64,000 bases of DNA from an uncultured delta proteobacterium (GTDB lineage Bacteria > Myxococcota > Myxococcia > Myxococcales > Myxococcaceae), in NCBI GenBank assembly GCA_963796055.1, contig CAWCKH010000004.1:2880001-2944000 (forward strand), in the 5' to 3' direction. Positions 10,408 to 19,705 of the stretch are shown in pieces. Positions within the stretch are counted from its first letter, which is position 1. The number at the start of each line of letters is the position of its first letter. The position numbers and the translations under genes were made by a program. The notes beneath the pieces are model-generated. The model was not told where the DNA came from and did no database searches. It saw only the letters and a list, made by a program, of their open reading frames with translations.

Positions 10408-11541
10408 ATGGCACCTCCGTACCCCAAGGACCTGATCCTCTCGATGTACCGGAAGATGTACCTGATCCGCCGGTTCGAGGAACGGGCAGCGCAGGCCTAC
10501 ACCCAGGGCAAGATCAACGGCTTCTGCCACCTCTACATCGGTCAGGAGGCGGTCGCGGTGGGCACCACCGAGGCGCTGCGTCCCGACGACTACCAGCTCG
10601 GCGCGTACCGCGATCACGGCTATCCGCTGACCCGCGGGGCCGAGCCGGGGATGATCATGGCCGAGCTGTTCGGCAAGGCCACCGGCTACTGCAAGGGCAA
10701 GGGCGGCTCGATGCACATCTTCGACGTCGAGCATTACGTGCTCGGCGGCTACGGCATCGTCGGCGGGCAGATTCCACTTGCGGCCGGGCTGGGGTTCGCC
10801 TCCCGCTACCGCAACGATGGCCGGGTCACGGTCTGCTACTTCGGTGAGGCCGCGGCGAACCAGGGCGCGTTCCACGAGACGCTGAACATGGCGGCCAAAT
10901 GGTCGCTGCCGGTCATCTTCCTCTGCGAGAACAACCGCTACGGGATGGGGACTGCCTTCGCCCGTGTCTCCCCGATGCCCGAGGTCTACAAGCGCGCCGC
11001 GGCCTACGGCATCCGCGGCGAGCCGGTGGACGGGATGGACGTCCTCAAGACTTACGAGGCCGTCAAGGACTGCGCCGCCCACGCCCGTGCCGGGAAGGGG
11101 CCGGTGCTGCTGGAGGCCAACACCTACCGCTACCGCGGCCACTCGATGTCGGACCCGGCGACTTACCGGACCAAGACCGAGCTGGAGGCGGAACGGAAGG
11201 GAGACCCCATCCCCAAGCTCCGGCAGTGGGCGGTGGAGAGCCTGAAGATCTCCGAGTCCGAGTTCGAGAAGATCGACGCCGAGGTGAAGGCCACTGTGGA
11301 CGCGGCGGTGAAGTTCGCCGAGCAGTCGCCGGAGCCGTCGCTGGACGAGCTCCACGAGGACATCTTCGTCGAGCCGAGCGAGCCGGACGTGAAGCCACGC
11401 GAGCGGGTGCTGGGGATGAAGGTCGAGTGGCCGCACCACCCCGGGCCGAAGGACTACCGGGTGACCTGGGACCTCGAGCCGCGCGAGCAGGCCGAGGTGG
11501 CGGAGCAGCAGGCCGGCCTGAAGCAGCCGGCCCGGGCCTGA
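10408..11541 (+). CDS. pdhA: Pyruvate dehydrogenase E1 alpha
   Basis: GFCHLYIGQEA, GKGGSMH, TPP-binding GEAAANQG...NN, YRYRGHSMSDP. Confidence 0.96.
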   Translation: MAPPYPKDLILSMYRKMYLIRRFEERAAQAYTQGKINGFCHLYIGQEAVAVGTTEALRPDDYQLGAYRDHGYPLTRGAEPGMIMAELFGKATGYCKGKGGSMHIFDVEHYVLGGYGIVGGQIPLAAGLGFASRYRNDGRVTVCYFGEAAANQGAFHETLNMAAKWSLPVIFLCENNRYGMGTAFARVSPMPEVYKRAAAYGIRGEPVDGMDVLKTYEAVKDCAAHARAGKGPVLLEANTYRYRGHSMSDPATYRTKTELEAERKGDPIPKLRQWAVESLKISESEFEKIDAEVKATVDAAVKFAEQSPEPSLDELHEDIFVEPSEPDVKPRERVLGMKVEWPHHPGPKDYRVTWDLEPREQAEVAEQQAGLKQPARA

Positions 11542-11570
11542 GACAGCGAGCGACGAGGGACGATCGATCG

Positions 11571-12560
11571 ATGGCTGAGATTGCGTGGCGCGAGGCGCTG
11601 AATCAGGCGCTCTCCGAGGAGATGGAACGCGACGTCAACGTCTTCCTGATGGGAGAGGAGGTCGCGCGCTACAACGGGGCGTACAAGGTCAGCCAGGGGC
11701 TGCTGGACAAGTTCGGCAGTGCCCGGGTGGTGGACGCGCCGATCAGCGAGCTGGGGTTCGCCGGCCTGGGCGTGGGCGCGGCGATGGTGGGGTTGCGGCC
11801 GGTGATCGAGATGATGACCTGGAACTTCGCGATCCTGGCGATGGACCAGATCGTCAACAACGCGGCCAAGCTCCGCCACATGTCCGGCGGGCAGCTGCGC
11901 TGTCCGATCGTCTTCCGCGGACCGAACGGCGCCGGTGGTCGGCTCTCGTCGCAGCACAGCCAGTCGCTGGAGGCGAACTACGCCCACTTCCCGGGACTGA
12001 AGATCCTCGCCCCTTCGACGCCGGCCGACGCCAAGGGGCTGCTCAAGGCGGCGATCCGCGACGACAATCCGATCATCTTCCTGGAGGCCGAGCTGCTCTA
12101 CGGGGTGAAGGGCGAGGTCCCCTCGGGTGAGCACGTGCTGCCCATCGGGAAGGCGGACCTCAAGCGGGAGGGGGAAGACGCGACGGTCATCACCTGGTCG
12201 CGGATGTACTACCTCGCCGAGCAGGCGGCGCAGCAGCTGGAGAAGGAAGGGATCCACGTGGACCTGCTCGACCTGCGAACGCTCAAGCCGCTGGACGAGG
12301 AGGCCATCCTGGCCTCGGTGCGGAAGACCAACCGGGTGGTGGTGGTCGAGGAGGGCTGGAGCTTCTGCGGGGTGGGCGCGCAGATCGCCGACCTCCTCCA
12401 GTCGAAGGCCTTCGACGACCTCGACGCGCCGGTGGAGCGGGTCACCGGCCTGGACGTGAATCGCAGCTACGCGGCGGTGCTGGAGAAGGCGACCGAGGTG
12501 TCGGCGGAGCGGATCGTCACCGCGGTGAAGAAGGTCATGTACCGGGAAGAGGGGACCTGA
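11571..12560 (+). CDS. pdhB: Pyruvate dehydrogenase E1 beta
   Basis: REALNQAL, MGEEV, DAPISELGFAG, QHSQSLE. Confidence 0.96.
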   Translation: MAEIAWREALNQALSEEMERDVNVFLMGEEVARYNGAYKVSQGLLDKFGSARVVDAPISELGFAGLGVGAAMVGLRPVIEMMTWNFAILAMDQIVNNAAKLRHMSGGQLRCPIVFRGPNGAGGRLSSQHSQSLEANYAHFPGLKILAPSTPADAKGLLKAAIRDDNPIIFLEAELLYGVKGEVPSGEHVLPIGKADLKREGEDATVITWSRMYYLAEQAAQQLEKEGIHVDLLDLRTLKPLDEEAILASVRKTNRVVVVEEGWSFCGVGAQIADLLQSKAFDDLDAPVERVTGLDVNRSYAAVLEKATEVSAERIVTAVKKVMYREEGT

Positions 12561-12562
12561 CG

Positions 12563-13894
12563 ATGGCCATCGAGGTGCAGCTTCCGGCGCTCTCCCCGAC
12601 GATGACCGAGGGGAAGATCGTGAAGTGGCTCAAGAAGGAGGGCGACAGCGTGTCCTCCGGTGAGGCCATCGCCGAGGTCGAGACCGACAAGTCAAACCTC
12701 GAGGTGGAGTCGTTCGACGACGGCGTGCTCTTGAAGATCCTGGTCAAGGAGGGCGAGACCGGCGCGGTCGGCGCGCCCATCGCGGTGATCGGCGCCAAGG
12801 GCGAGAAGGTCGAGGTGGCCGCACCGGCGGCGAAGGCCCAAGCTCCCGCGCCCGCTCCGAAGCCCGCGGCCCCGAAGCCCGTCGCCGCGCCCGAGGCCCG
12901 CCGCGAGCAGCCACAGCCGGAAGAACGCGGCCAGCGACCGGGTGCTCCGGCGCAGGTGGTGCCGATCCGCCGGACCGAGGAAGCGGCCCCGGCGCCGGTG
13001 TCCGATGACGGCCGCCTCCGCGCCTCGCCGCTCGCCAGGCGGATGGCCCGTGAGGAGGGTCTCGACCTTGCCGGCGTCCAGGGCTCCGGTCCCAGCGGCC
13101 GCATCGTGAAGCGCGACGTGGAGGCGGCGATGGGCCAGGGACAGGCGGCCACCGCCGCTCCGGCGCCCGCCCCGCGTCCCGGGCCCGCGCCGGCACCTTC
13201 CCCGGTCTTCGGCCGGCGCGAGCCGGAGGTCCTCCCGATCTCCGGGATGCGGAAGATCATCGCCCAGCGCATGGCCGAGGTGAAGCCGGGCGTCCCGCAC
13301 TTCTACGTCACGGTCGACATCGACATGGAGGAGGCGGTCAAGGTCCGGGAGCAGGCCAAGGCCGCGGAGGTGAAGGTCTCGATCAACGACCTCATCGTGA
13401 AGGCCGCGGCGATGGCGCTCCGCCGTCAACCGAAGGTCAACGTCTCGCTGCAAGGGGACCGGCTGCTCCAGTTCCACACCGCGGACGTGGGCATCGCGGT
13501 GGCGATCGAGGATGGCCTCATCACCCCGGTCATCCGGGACGCGGATCTGAAGTCGCTGGGAACCATCGCCGCCGAGGCGCGCGAGCTGGCCGAGCGGGCC
13601 CGGCGCAAGGCACTCAAGCCCGAGGAGTACTCGGGCGGCTCGATCACCGTGTCGAATCTAGGAATGTTCGGTGTGGACTCGTTCATCGCGGTCATCAACC
13701 CGCCGCAGGCGTCGATCGTGGCGGTGGGCGCGGTGGCGGAGCGGGCGGTGGTGCGCGACGGCAAGGTGGTGGTACGCAAGACGATGTCCGCGACGTTCAG
13801 CGGGGACCACCGGATCGTCGACGGCGCACTCGGGGCCCAGTACCTGCAGGAAGTGAAGGCGCTGCTCGAGCAGCCGACCCGGTTGCTGTTCTAG
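12563..13894 (+). CDS. pdhC: Pyruvate dehydrogenase E2 dihydrolipoamide acetyltransferase
   Basis: Lipoyl ETDK, E3-binding ASPLARR...GSGPSGRI, catalytic DHRIVDG. Confidence 0.96.
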   Translation: MAIEVQLPALSPTMTEGKIVKWLKKEGDSVSSGEAIAEVETDKSNLEVESFDDGVLLKILVKEGETGAVGAPIAVIGAKGEKVEVAAPAAKAQAPAPAPKPAAPKPVAAPEARREQPQPEERGQRPGAPAQVVPIRRTEEAAPAPVSDDGRLRASPLARRMAREEGLDLAGVQGSGPSGRIVKRDVEAAMGQGQAATAAPAPAPRPGPAPAPSPVFGRREPEVLPISGMRKIIAQRMAEVKPGVPHFYVTVDIDMEEAVKVREQAKAAEVKVSINDLIVKAAAMALRRQPKVNVSLQGDRLLQFHTADVGIAVAIEDGLITPVIRDADLKSLGTIAAEARELAERARRKALKPEEYSGGSITVSNLGMFGVDSFIAVINPPQASIVAVGAVAERAVVRDGKVVVRKTMSATFSGDHRIVDGALGAQYLQEVKALLEQPTRLLF

Positions 13895-14009
13895 GATGGA
13901 GCGACCCGTCAAGTCAGCTCTCTCGTTCGTTGGTGGCGATGCGTCTGTTCGCTTCGCAGCTCCTCGTGGTTCGTACTTCGAGGCCTTCAGGCAGGGGACG
14001 AGCGAGGGA

Positions 14010-14155
14010 GCTGCGACGGTTGATCACTCTAGGATTCGCGGGTCGGCGGAGCCGCCGCATGACCGTGATTCGTCGGGAGGCTTTCTCGCTCTAGCGGCGT
14101 GGGTCGGCGGGTCGAGCCCGCCGCCACTTAGAACTGTCGAGAGTCCCTCCTACGT
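14010..14155 (-). ncRNA. Putative bridge/seek RNA of the IS1111-type element (boundaries approximate)
   Basis: Two stem/internal-loop/hairpin modules; loop arms match the donor junction (TCTAGGAT 14028-35) and the target (TCTAGC 14090-95, TAGAAC 14129-34). Confidence 0.7.
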
Positions 14156-14210
14156 TCCTGGCTCATCCACTGCCTGCCGGCTTCGAAGCGATGCACGTAC
14201 GTTGCTCCTT

Positions 14211-15306
14211 TCAAGCGGCGCGGGCGATGGCCCAGACAAAGCCGCAGAGCTCGCGAGCCACGGCGACGGCCGCGACCTGCGAAGGTTTGCCGCGGGAGAC
14301 GAAGCGGTGGAAGCGCCGGTGCAGCCGCTCCTGGGCTTTCCATGCGTGGGCTACGACCTTTGCATCCTGGCCCTCCCAGCGCTGTTTGATGACGCCGCTC
14401 TGGCGTGGCGGGCGCCGGTAGTGCCAGGCGGCCTCGACCAGTACGCGCCGGGCGTGTCCGTTGCCCGTCTTGGTGATGCTGCCCCGCCGCTCCTTGGCTC
14501 CGCTCGAGCGCTCGCTCGGGACGAGGCCGACGAAAGCCATGAACTGGTCGGGGTGCTCGAACCGCTGGAAGTCGCAGAATCTCGGCGATGAGGATGACGG
14601 CCGAGAGCGTGTCGATGCCGCGCAGGCAGCGGAGCTTCGCAACGGGAGTTTTATAGGGCTCCTTCTCGGCGGCTGTCGCGAGTTCCTGGTCGAGCGCCTT
14701 GAGACGTCCGAGCGTTCCCTCGAGGCGGGCCAAGTACTCGGTGAAGACCGTCTGTGCGATGGGGGCCTCGAACGTCTGTTTGCGAAGCCACTTCCAGTGC
14801 GGCATCGACCAGTTCTTCTTGCCCTCGGTAAAGCTGCGCCCGTGGCGCAGGAGGAACTTCAGGAGTCGGTCGCGCTCGCGGATGACGTCCTCGCGCGCAT
14901 CCTCTCGGCAGCGAACGAGATCCCGCAGCGCCTCCTCGGCCTCGGAGGGGACGCGAATCGAAGTGAGCTCGCCGGCGCGGTAGAGGCGAGCGAGCTTCTC
15001 GGCGTCGCGCCGGTCGGTCTTGACCCGATCGCCGGCGCGCACCGGGATGAGCGAGGGCGCGACCACGTCGCATGGGATCTTCATCGCTGCGAGCTGCCGG
15101 TAGACCTCGTAGCCGCAACTCCCGGCCTCGTAGCAGGCGCGGACCGCCCCTTCCTTTTTGAGCCTGCCGAAGCAGCGCTTCAGCTCGAGCGCATCGTTCC
15201 GGATCTTCACCGTGGGCCGAGCGCCTCCCCGGTCACCGGCCAGCACCGAGAAGGAAATCGACTCCTTATGCACGTCCATTCCGACGGTCAGCGTTGTAGT
15301 TTTCAC
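14211..15306 (-). CDS. IS110-family DEDD recombinase/transposase (frameshift at ~14579)
   Basis: GMDVHK, CYEAG, KTDRRDA; the shifted frame gives FVGLVPSERSSG...GSITKTGNGHARRVLVEAAW; GAGGAG RBS. Confidence 0.92.
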
Positions 15307-15462
15307 TCGACCGGCTCCTCGTTTGCGGCTCTGGCCGCGGCGTTGCCGAGGCTAATCCGCGCTGAACGAGCGAGCCGGTCGCTCCATACTGTCTAGCTCT
15401 CGGGGCCCGGACGCGCGCGCCTCGAACGGCCGTCCCCCTGGTCTGAGCACTGCCCTCCAACA

Positions 15463-15487
15463 CCCGGGGCTCCGCGTCCCCCGGGGC
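15463..15487. terminator. GC-rich hairpin between convergent pdhC/IS and kinase gene
   Basis: CCCGGGG-ctccgcgt-CCCCGGG inverted repeat; no strong U-tract. Confidence 0.3.
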
Positions 15488-15548
15488 GCTTACGCACAAA
15501 TCGCGTCTTCAGAGGCCTGCGCTCGTCCAGGTTGAGTGACCGAGCGAT

Positions 15549-17642
15549 TCAGGCCGCGACGTCGCCCGAGCGGCCGGGCGTGGCGGGCGCGGCCAGCGCC
15601 GGCAGCAAGATCCGGAACGTGGTCCCCGGTCCCGGCTCGGACGCGACCTCGAGCGTTCCGCCGGCGCGCTGGACGATGCTCCACACCAGGGTCAGCCCGA
15701 GCCCGATGCCCTGGGTGCCGCCGCGGGTGGTGAAGAACGGCTCGAAGATGCGCGACAGGTGCGCCGCGGGGATACCCGGTCCCTCGTCCTGCACCTCGAT
15801 CACCACCGCGCCCTGCTCGTCGTGCGTCCGGACACGGAGCGTGCCCGAGGGCGCAGCGAGCCGCGCGTTCCGGATGAGCTGGACCAGCGCTTGCTCCAGC
15901 TGCCCCGGGGTCACCATCACCCGCGCGGAGCTCTCGGCCCGCAGCATCTCGGCCCCGGCCTCCCCGAGCTCGCCGCGGAGGACCTTGACCACGCAGTCGT
16001 TGGGGTCCACGGCCTCGGGCCGGGTCACATCTTGCCGGGCGAGCTCGCGCAGCCCCTTGACGATGGCGCCGATGCGCTGCGCGCCGCCCTCCACGTCCTG
16101 GAAGAGCTCGCGGAGGCTCGCGGCGAGATCGCGGATCTGCACCTCGGTGAGCGCCCGGACCGCGGCCGCGGCGTCGCCCTGCCCGCCGAGGCGCGCCGCC
16201 CGCTCGATGGAGTCGGCGCCGGACTCGAGCTCGGCGGCCACGCCGCGCAGTGCCGAGAGGCTGTCCAGCATCGCCCCGAGAGGCGTCTGGATCTCGTGAG
16301 CGGCGCCCTGCGCCAGCTGCCCGAGCGAGGCCAGGCGCTCCTGCTCCCGCAGCCGTGCTTCCAGCCCGCGCTGGGCGGTCACGTCGCGGTAGTGGACGAC
16401 CACCAGATCCGGGTCCCCGGCGGCCTCGGTCCGGAAGCCGCTGAAGCGCACCTTCCGGCCGCGGGGCAGGGAGATCTCCGCGGTGAGGTCCGGCGCACCG
16501 GTGGCGAGCGGGCAGCCCACGCACGGCGCCACCCGTCCGGCGAGCAGCTGATGACAGGTCTTCCCCGGCACCTGGGTGATCGGAAGGCCCGCCGCGTCGG
16601 CGTAGGCGAGGTTCGCCCGGCGGATGACGAAGCCGTCCTGGAGGGCGATGGGCTCGCGGATGGCGTCGAAGGTGCGCTCCCACTCGCGCTTGGCGTGCAC
16701 CACCGCCCGGGTGCGGAGCTCGATCTTCGCCTCCAGCGCGGCGTTGGCGGCGAGGATCTCGCTCTGTACCTCGTGGAGCCGGGCGGTGTTGAGCGCACCG
16801 GCGAGCGCGGTTGCCACCTGTGAGCCCCAGGCCGAGAAGCGCTGGCGGTCGGCGTCGGAGAACGCCGAGCGCCCCGGGCGACGAACCGCCTCCAGCACGC
16901 CCACCAGCTCTCCGGCGCGGACCAAGGGGACGGCGAGCATCGCCCCGGGTTCGGCACCGTCACGGCGACGTACCGCCTCACGCCACGGTTCGGGCAGCTC
17001 GCCCTCGGCGTGGCAGAGCAGCGCGGGTTCGGCGGCGCAGGCTCCGGCGAGCAGCTCGCCGATGGCCATCGACGCAGGGGGAGCGGGCAGCGCCGGGTCG
17101 GCCGCCCCAAGGGTCAGGGTGACCTGCTCACCGATGCGCCAGCAGAGCACCCGATCGGCCTGCACCAGCCGCCGGACGCGGCGCACCGCCTCCCAGGCGA
17201 TCTTCTCCGGGGTGGGCAAGAGGTGGAGCGCCTGCACCTCCGAGGAGAATCGCTCCGCCTCGGACAGTCGCTGCTCCAGCGTGGGCGCCACCTGGGCCGG
17301 AGCAGTGTCCAGCCCGCGGCGGGCGCGGGCCTCGCGGAGGGCTGGTGCCACCTCGTCGGTGCGGGTGACGGCGACCACCCCGGCGGGAAGCGCGCGGGGG
17401 GCCGGGCCCTCGCCCACGTGGAGGAGGGCGGTGGCGCCGGAGGCGACGACGCGGGAGAGCAGGAGGCGCCAGAACGGGACCGGTCGGGCGAGCACGGCCT
17501 CCGCCACGCCCGCTCCGAGCAGGCTGAGGACCTCGTCCGGGGTACAGGGCCGGGGATCGAGCCCGCCCGCACGGAGCTCGTCGAGCAGCGCCGGTGGGGG
17601 CGCGTCGGGGCCGACGACGAGGACCGGCAGGGTCGGCTCCAT
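15549..17642 (-). CDS. Sensor histidine kinase (GAF-PAS-HisKA-HATPase)
   Basis: GAF AVPLVRAGELVGVLEA, PAS WERTFDAI, H-box AAHEIQTP, DEGPG, FEPFFTT, GLGL. Confidence 0.9.
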   Translation of the reverse strand: MEPTLPVLVVGPDAPPPALLDELRAGGLDPRPCTPDEVLSLLGAGVAEAVLARPVPFWRLLLSRVVASGATALLHVGEGPAPRALPAGVVAVTRTDEVAPALREARARRGLDTAPAQVAPTLEQRLSEAERFSSEVQALHLLPTPEKIAWEAVRRVRRLVQADRVLCWRIGEQVTLTLGAADPALPAPPASMAIGELLAGACAAEPALLCHAEGELPEPWREAVRRRDGAEPGAMLAVPLVRAGELVGVLEAVRRPGRSAFSDADRQRFSAWGSQVATALAGALNTARLHEVQSEILAANAALEAKIELRTRAVVHAKREWERTFDAIREPIALQDGFVIRRANLAYADAAGLPITQVPGKTCHQLLAGRVAPCVGCPLATGAPDLTAEISLPRGRKVRFSGFRTEAAGDPDLVVVHYRDVTAQRGLEARLREQERLASLGQLAQGAAHEIQTPLGAMLDSLSALRGVAAELESGADSIERAARLGGQGDAAAAVRALTEVQIRDLAASLRELFQDVEGGAQRIGAIVKGLRELARQDVTRPEAVDPNDCVVKVLRGELGEAGAEMLRAESSARVMVTPGQLEQALVQLIRNARLAAPSGTLRVRTHDEQGAVVIEVQDEGPGIPAAHLSRIFEPFFTTRGGTQGIGLGLTLVWSIVQRAGGTLEVASEPGPGTTFRILLPALAAPATPGRSGDVAA

Positions 17643-17656
17643 CGAGAGGCCGGGGT

Positions 17657-18196
17657 TCAGCCGACCGCGACCGCGGCTGCGGCCCGCTCCTCGGTGTCGT
17701 CGAGCAGGATCGAGCCGGTGGCGTCACGGATGACGTTCAGCTCGGGGTTCGCGCTGGCGATGGCCTGGCGAATCTCGCCCTTCACCCGGTCGAGCAGCTG
17801 CGAGTTCTCGCGCTCGCGGTAGAGCCGGTCCACGGCGGCCCGGACCACGCCCCGGAGCTCGACCCCGTCCCAGGGCTTCACCAGGAAGCGGTAGACGTCG
17901 CCGTGCTCCATGGCCTGGAGCGCGGTTCCCACGCCCGCAGGAGAGGTGAGCAGGACCCGCATGGTGGCCGGCTGGATGCGCCGAACCTCGAGGAGGAGCG
18001 CCAGCCCGGTACCGTCCGGCAGCGCGGTGTCGGCCACCACGACGTCGACTGGTTCGCGGGCGACGATGGCCAGCGCATCCTTGAGGCAGGAGACCTCGTA
18101 GAGGCGATGGGCCTCGTGGTCGAGGCTGTGGTGGAACGCGTCGGCGCTGCGAGCGTCCCCGGCGACGATCAACACGGTCCGGCTGGAGATGGCCAT
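17657..18196 (-). CDS. Response regulator receiver protein
   Basis: VVVADTALPDGTG, VLLT, FLVKPW; the acidic pocket is atypical. Confidence 0.85.
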   Translation of the reverse strand: MAISSRTVLIVAGDARSADAFHHSLDHEAHRLYEVSCLKDALAIVAREPVDVVVADTALPDGTGLALLLEVRRIQPATMRVLLTSPAGVGTALQAMEHGDVYRFLVKPWDGVELRGVVRAAVDRLYRERENSQLLDRVKGEIRQAIASANPELNVIRDATGSILLDDTEERAAAAVAVG

Positions 18197-18346
18197 TCTC
18201 AGGCTCCTCTGTCCCGACCGGTGGCCTGTACAAGCCCCGGGCCAGCGCGGACGCCCAGCAATGCCGCTGGGTTCCTGAGTGAGGGCCGGGGTGCACCCTT
18301 GGTCGTGGGGTCGGCGAGACCTTGCGAAGGCATCGGTAGAGGTGCG

Positions 18347-19519
18347 ATGCCGGGGGCCCTGATGCGCGAGTCGCCTCCCGCTGAGAGCCCGGCCCCCACG
18401 GTGGTCTACGTGGACGCCGATCCAGGACAGCTCCGGCTGTTCGAGACGCAATTCGGCAGACGCTACCGGGTGACGCTCTCCGCCTCCGGGGAGGAGCTCC
18501 TCGACCGGGTGGGGAGCATGGCACCGGTGGCGGCGCTGCTGGCGGATCATGGTTCGGGCCGCGGGCTGCTCGAGGCCGCGCCGGTGGTGCTGCCCGACAC
18601 CGAGCGGCTCCTGGTGGCCCGGACCGGGGAGCTCTCCCAGGCCCGGGCCGCGGTCGAGCGGGGCGCTGCCAAGCGCTGCTTCGTGAAGCCCTGGGTTGCG
18701 TCCGAGGTCGGTGCGGCGCTCGAGGACGCGGTGCGGATCTTCGAGCTGCGCTCGCTGCTGCGCACGATGCGGGTCCGCCTGGAGACCTCCGAGCGGCTCG
18801 CCACCCTCGGACGGGTGAGCGCGGGGCTGGCGCACGAGCTGTCCGGGCCGGCGGGGTACATCGCCCAGAACGCCGCAGCGCTGCGGAAGGAGCTGGCCGG
18901 GGTGGCGAGGTACGTGCGGCGGGTGGCGCGGATCCGCCCGGACCCGCGAGTGCTGGAACAGCTCCAGGATCTCTCGGAGATCGCCCAGGACGTCGAGGCC
19001 GGCGCGGAGCACCTGCGCCAGCTGTCACGCGGCCTGACCCGGCAGCTCCGGGACGAGGCGCCGATCGAACGGTGCGACGTGGCCGCGGTGGTGCAACAGG
19101 TCACGCGGCTGGTGCGACCGGAGCTCCAGGGCAAGGCGTTGCTCTCGGCCCACGGGGGCCCGCTCGACGTGTGCGCCAGCCCGCTCCGCCTCACACAGGT
19201 GCTGATCAACCTGGTGGTGAACGCGGGCCAGGCGGTGGGCGCGATGGAGCGGACCGACGTGGGGCGCGTCCAGATCATCTGGGCGCCGCGTGGCAGGCGC
19301 GCACGGATCGAGATCGTCGACGATGGGCCCGGGCTGCCTCCACGAGTCGCGGACGCCGAGGAGGATCTGCTCGTCACCACCAAGCCCCCCGGGATGGGAA
19401 CCGGCCTCGGGCTCCCGCTCTGCCGGGAGCTGGTCGCGGAGATGGCGGGAACCCTGGAGCTCCGCTCGCTCGACGGGGGTGGAACCACCGCCTGCATCGA
19501 GCTGCCTCTGGCCGCCTGA
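18347..19519 (+). CDS. asgA: Hybrid receiver-histidine kinase, AsgA-like
   Basis: N-terminal receiver (VYVD..FVKPW) then SERLATLG..AGLAHELSGP, QVLINLVVNA, TTKPPGMGTGLGL; ~390 aa and next to pdhABC, as recalled for Myxococcus asgA. Confidence 0.65.
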   Translation: MPGALMRESPPAESPAPTVVYVDADPGQLRLFETQFGRRYRVTLSASGEELLDRVGSMAPVAALLADHGSGRGLLEAAPVVLPDTERLLVARTGELSQARAAVERGAAKRCFVKPWVASEVGAALEDAVRIFELRSLLRTMRVRLETSERLATLGRVSAGLAHELSGPAGYIAQNAAALRKELAGVARYVRRVARIRPDPRVLEQLQDLSEIAQDVEAGAEHLRQLSRGLTRQLRDEAPIERCDVAAVVQQVTRLVRPELQGKALLSAHGGPLDVCASPLRLTQVLINLVVNAGQAVGAMERTDVGRVQIIWAPRGRRARIEIVDDGPGLPPRVADAEEDLLVTTKPPGMGTGLGLPLCRELVAEMAGTLELRSLDGGGTTACIELPLAA

Positions 19520-19705
19520 AGGCGCGGCGAGAGGTCTTCGACGCATCGTGTCGAAACGGGCAAGGCCGGCTCGACCTCGAAGCTCTCCCGGGCGGAGGCG
19601 GGACCGAGCAGGCGACGAGGATGGGCGCGCAAGCCCTGCGCTCTGGACAGTGACCCGCTCCCGGGTCGAGATCGGCCCCGGTTTCCGCGAGGAGGAACCA
19701 GAGCC

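Larger units (their letters stand above)
13891..15396 (-). mobile_element. IS110-family insertion sequence, IS1111-type organisation
   Basis: CTAG at both boundaries (13891-94, 15393-96); 11-bp subterminal inverted repeats ATGGAGCGACC (13896-13906) / GGTCGCTCCAT (15377-15387); DEDD transposase; long non-coding end downstream of the gene. Confidence 0.92.

Noticed and set aside
14570..14590. Programmed frameshift in the IS110 transposase
   Set aside because: No slippery run; IS110 enzymes are single ORFs; similar indels occur in housekeeping genes here
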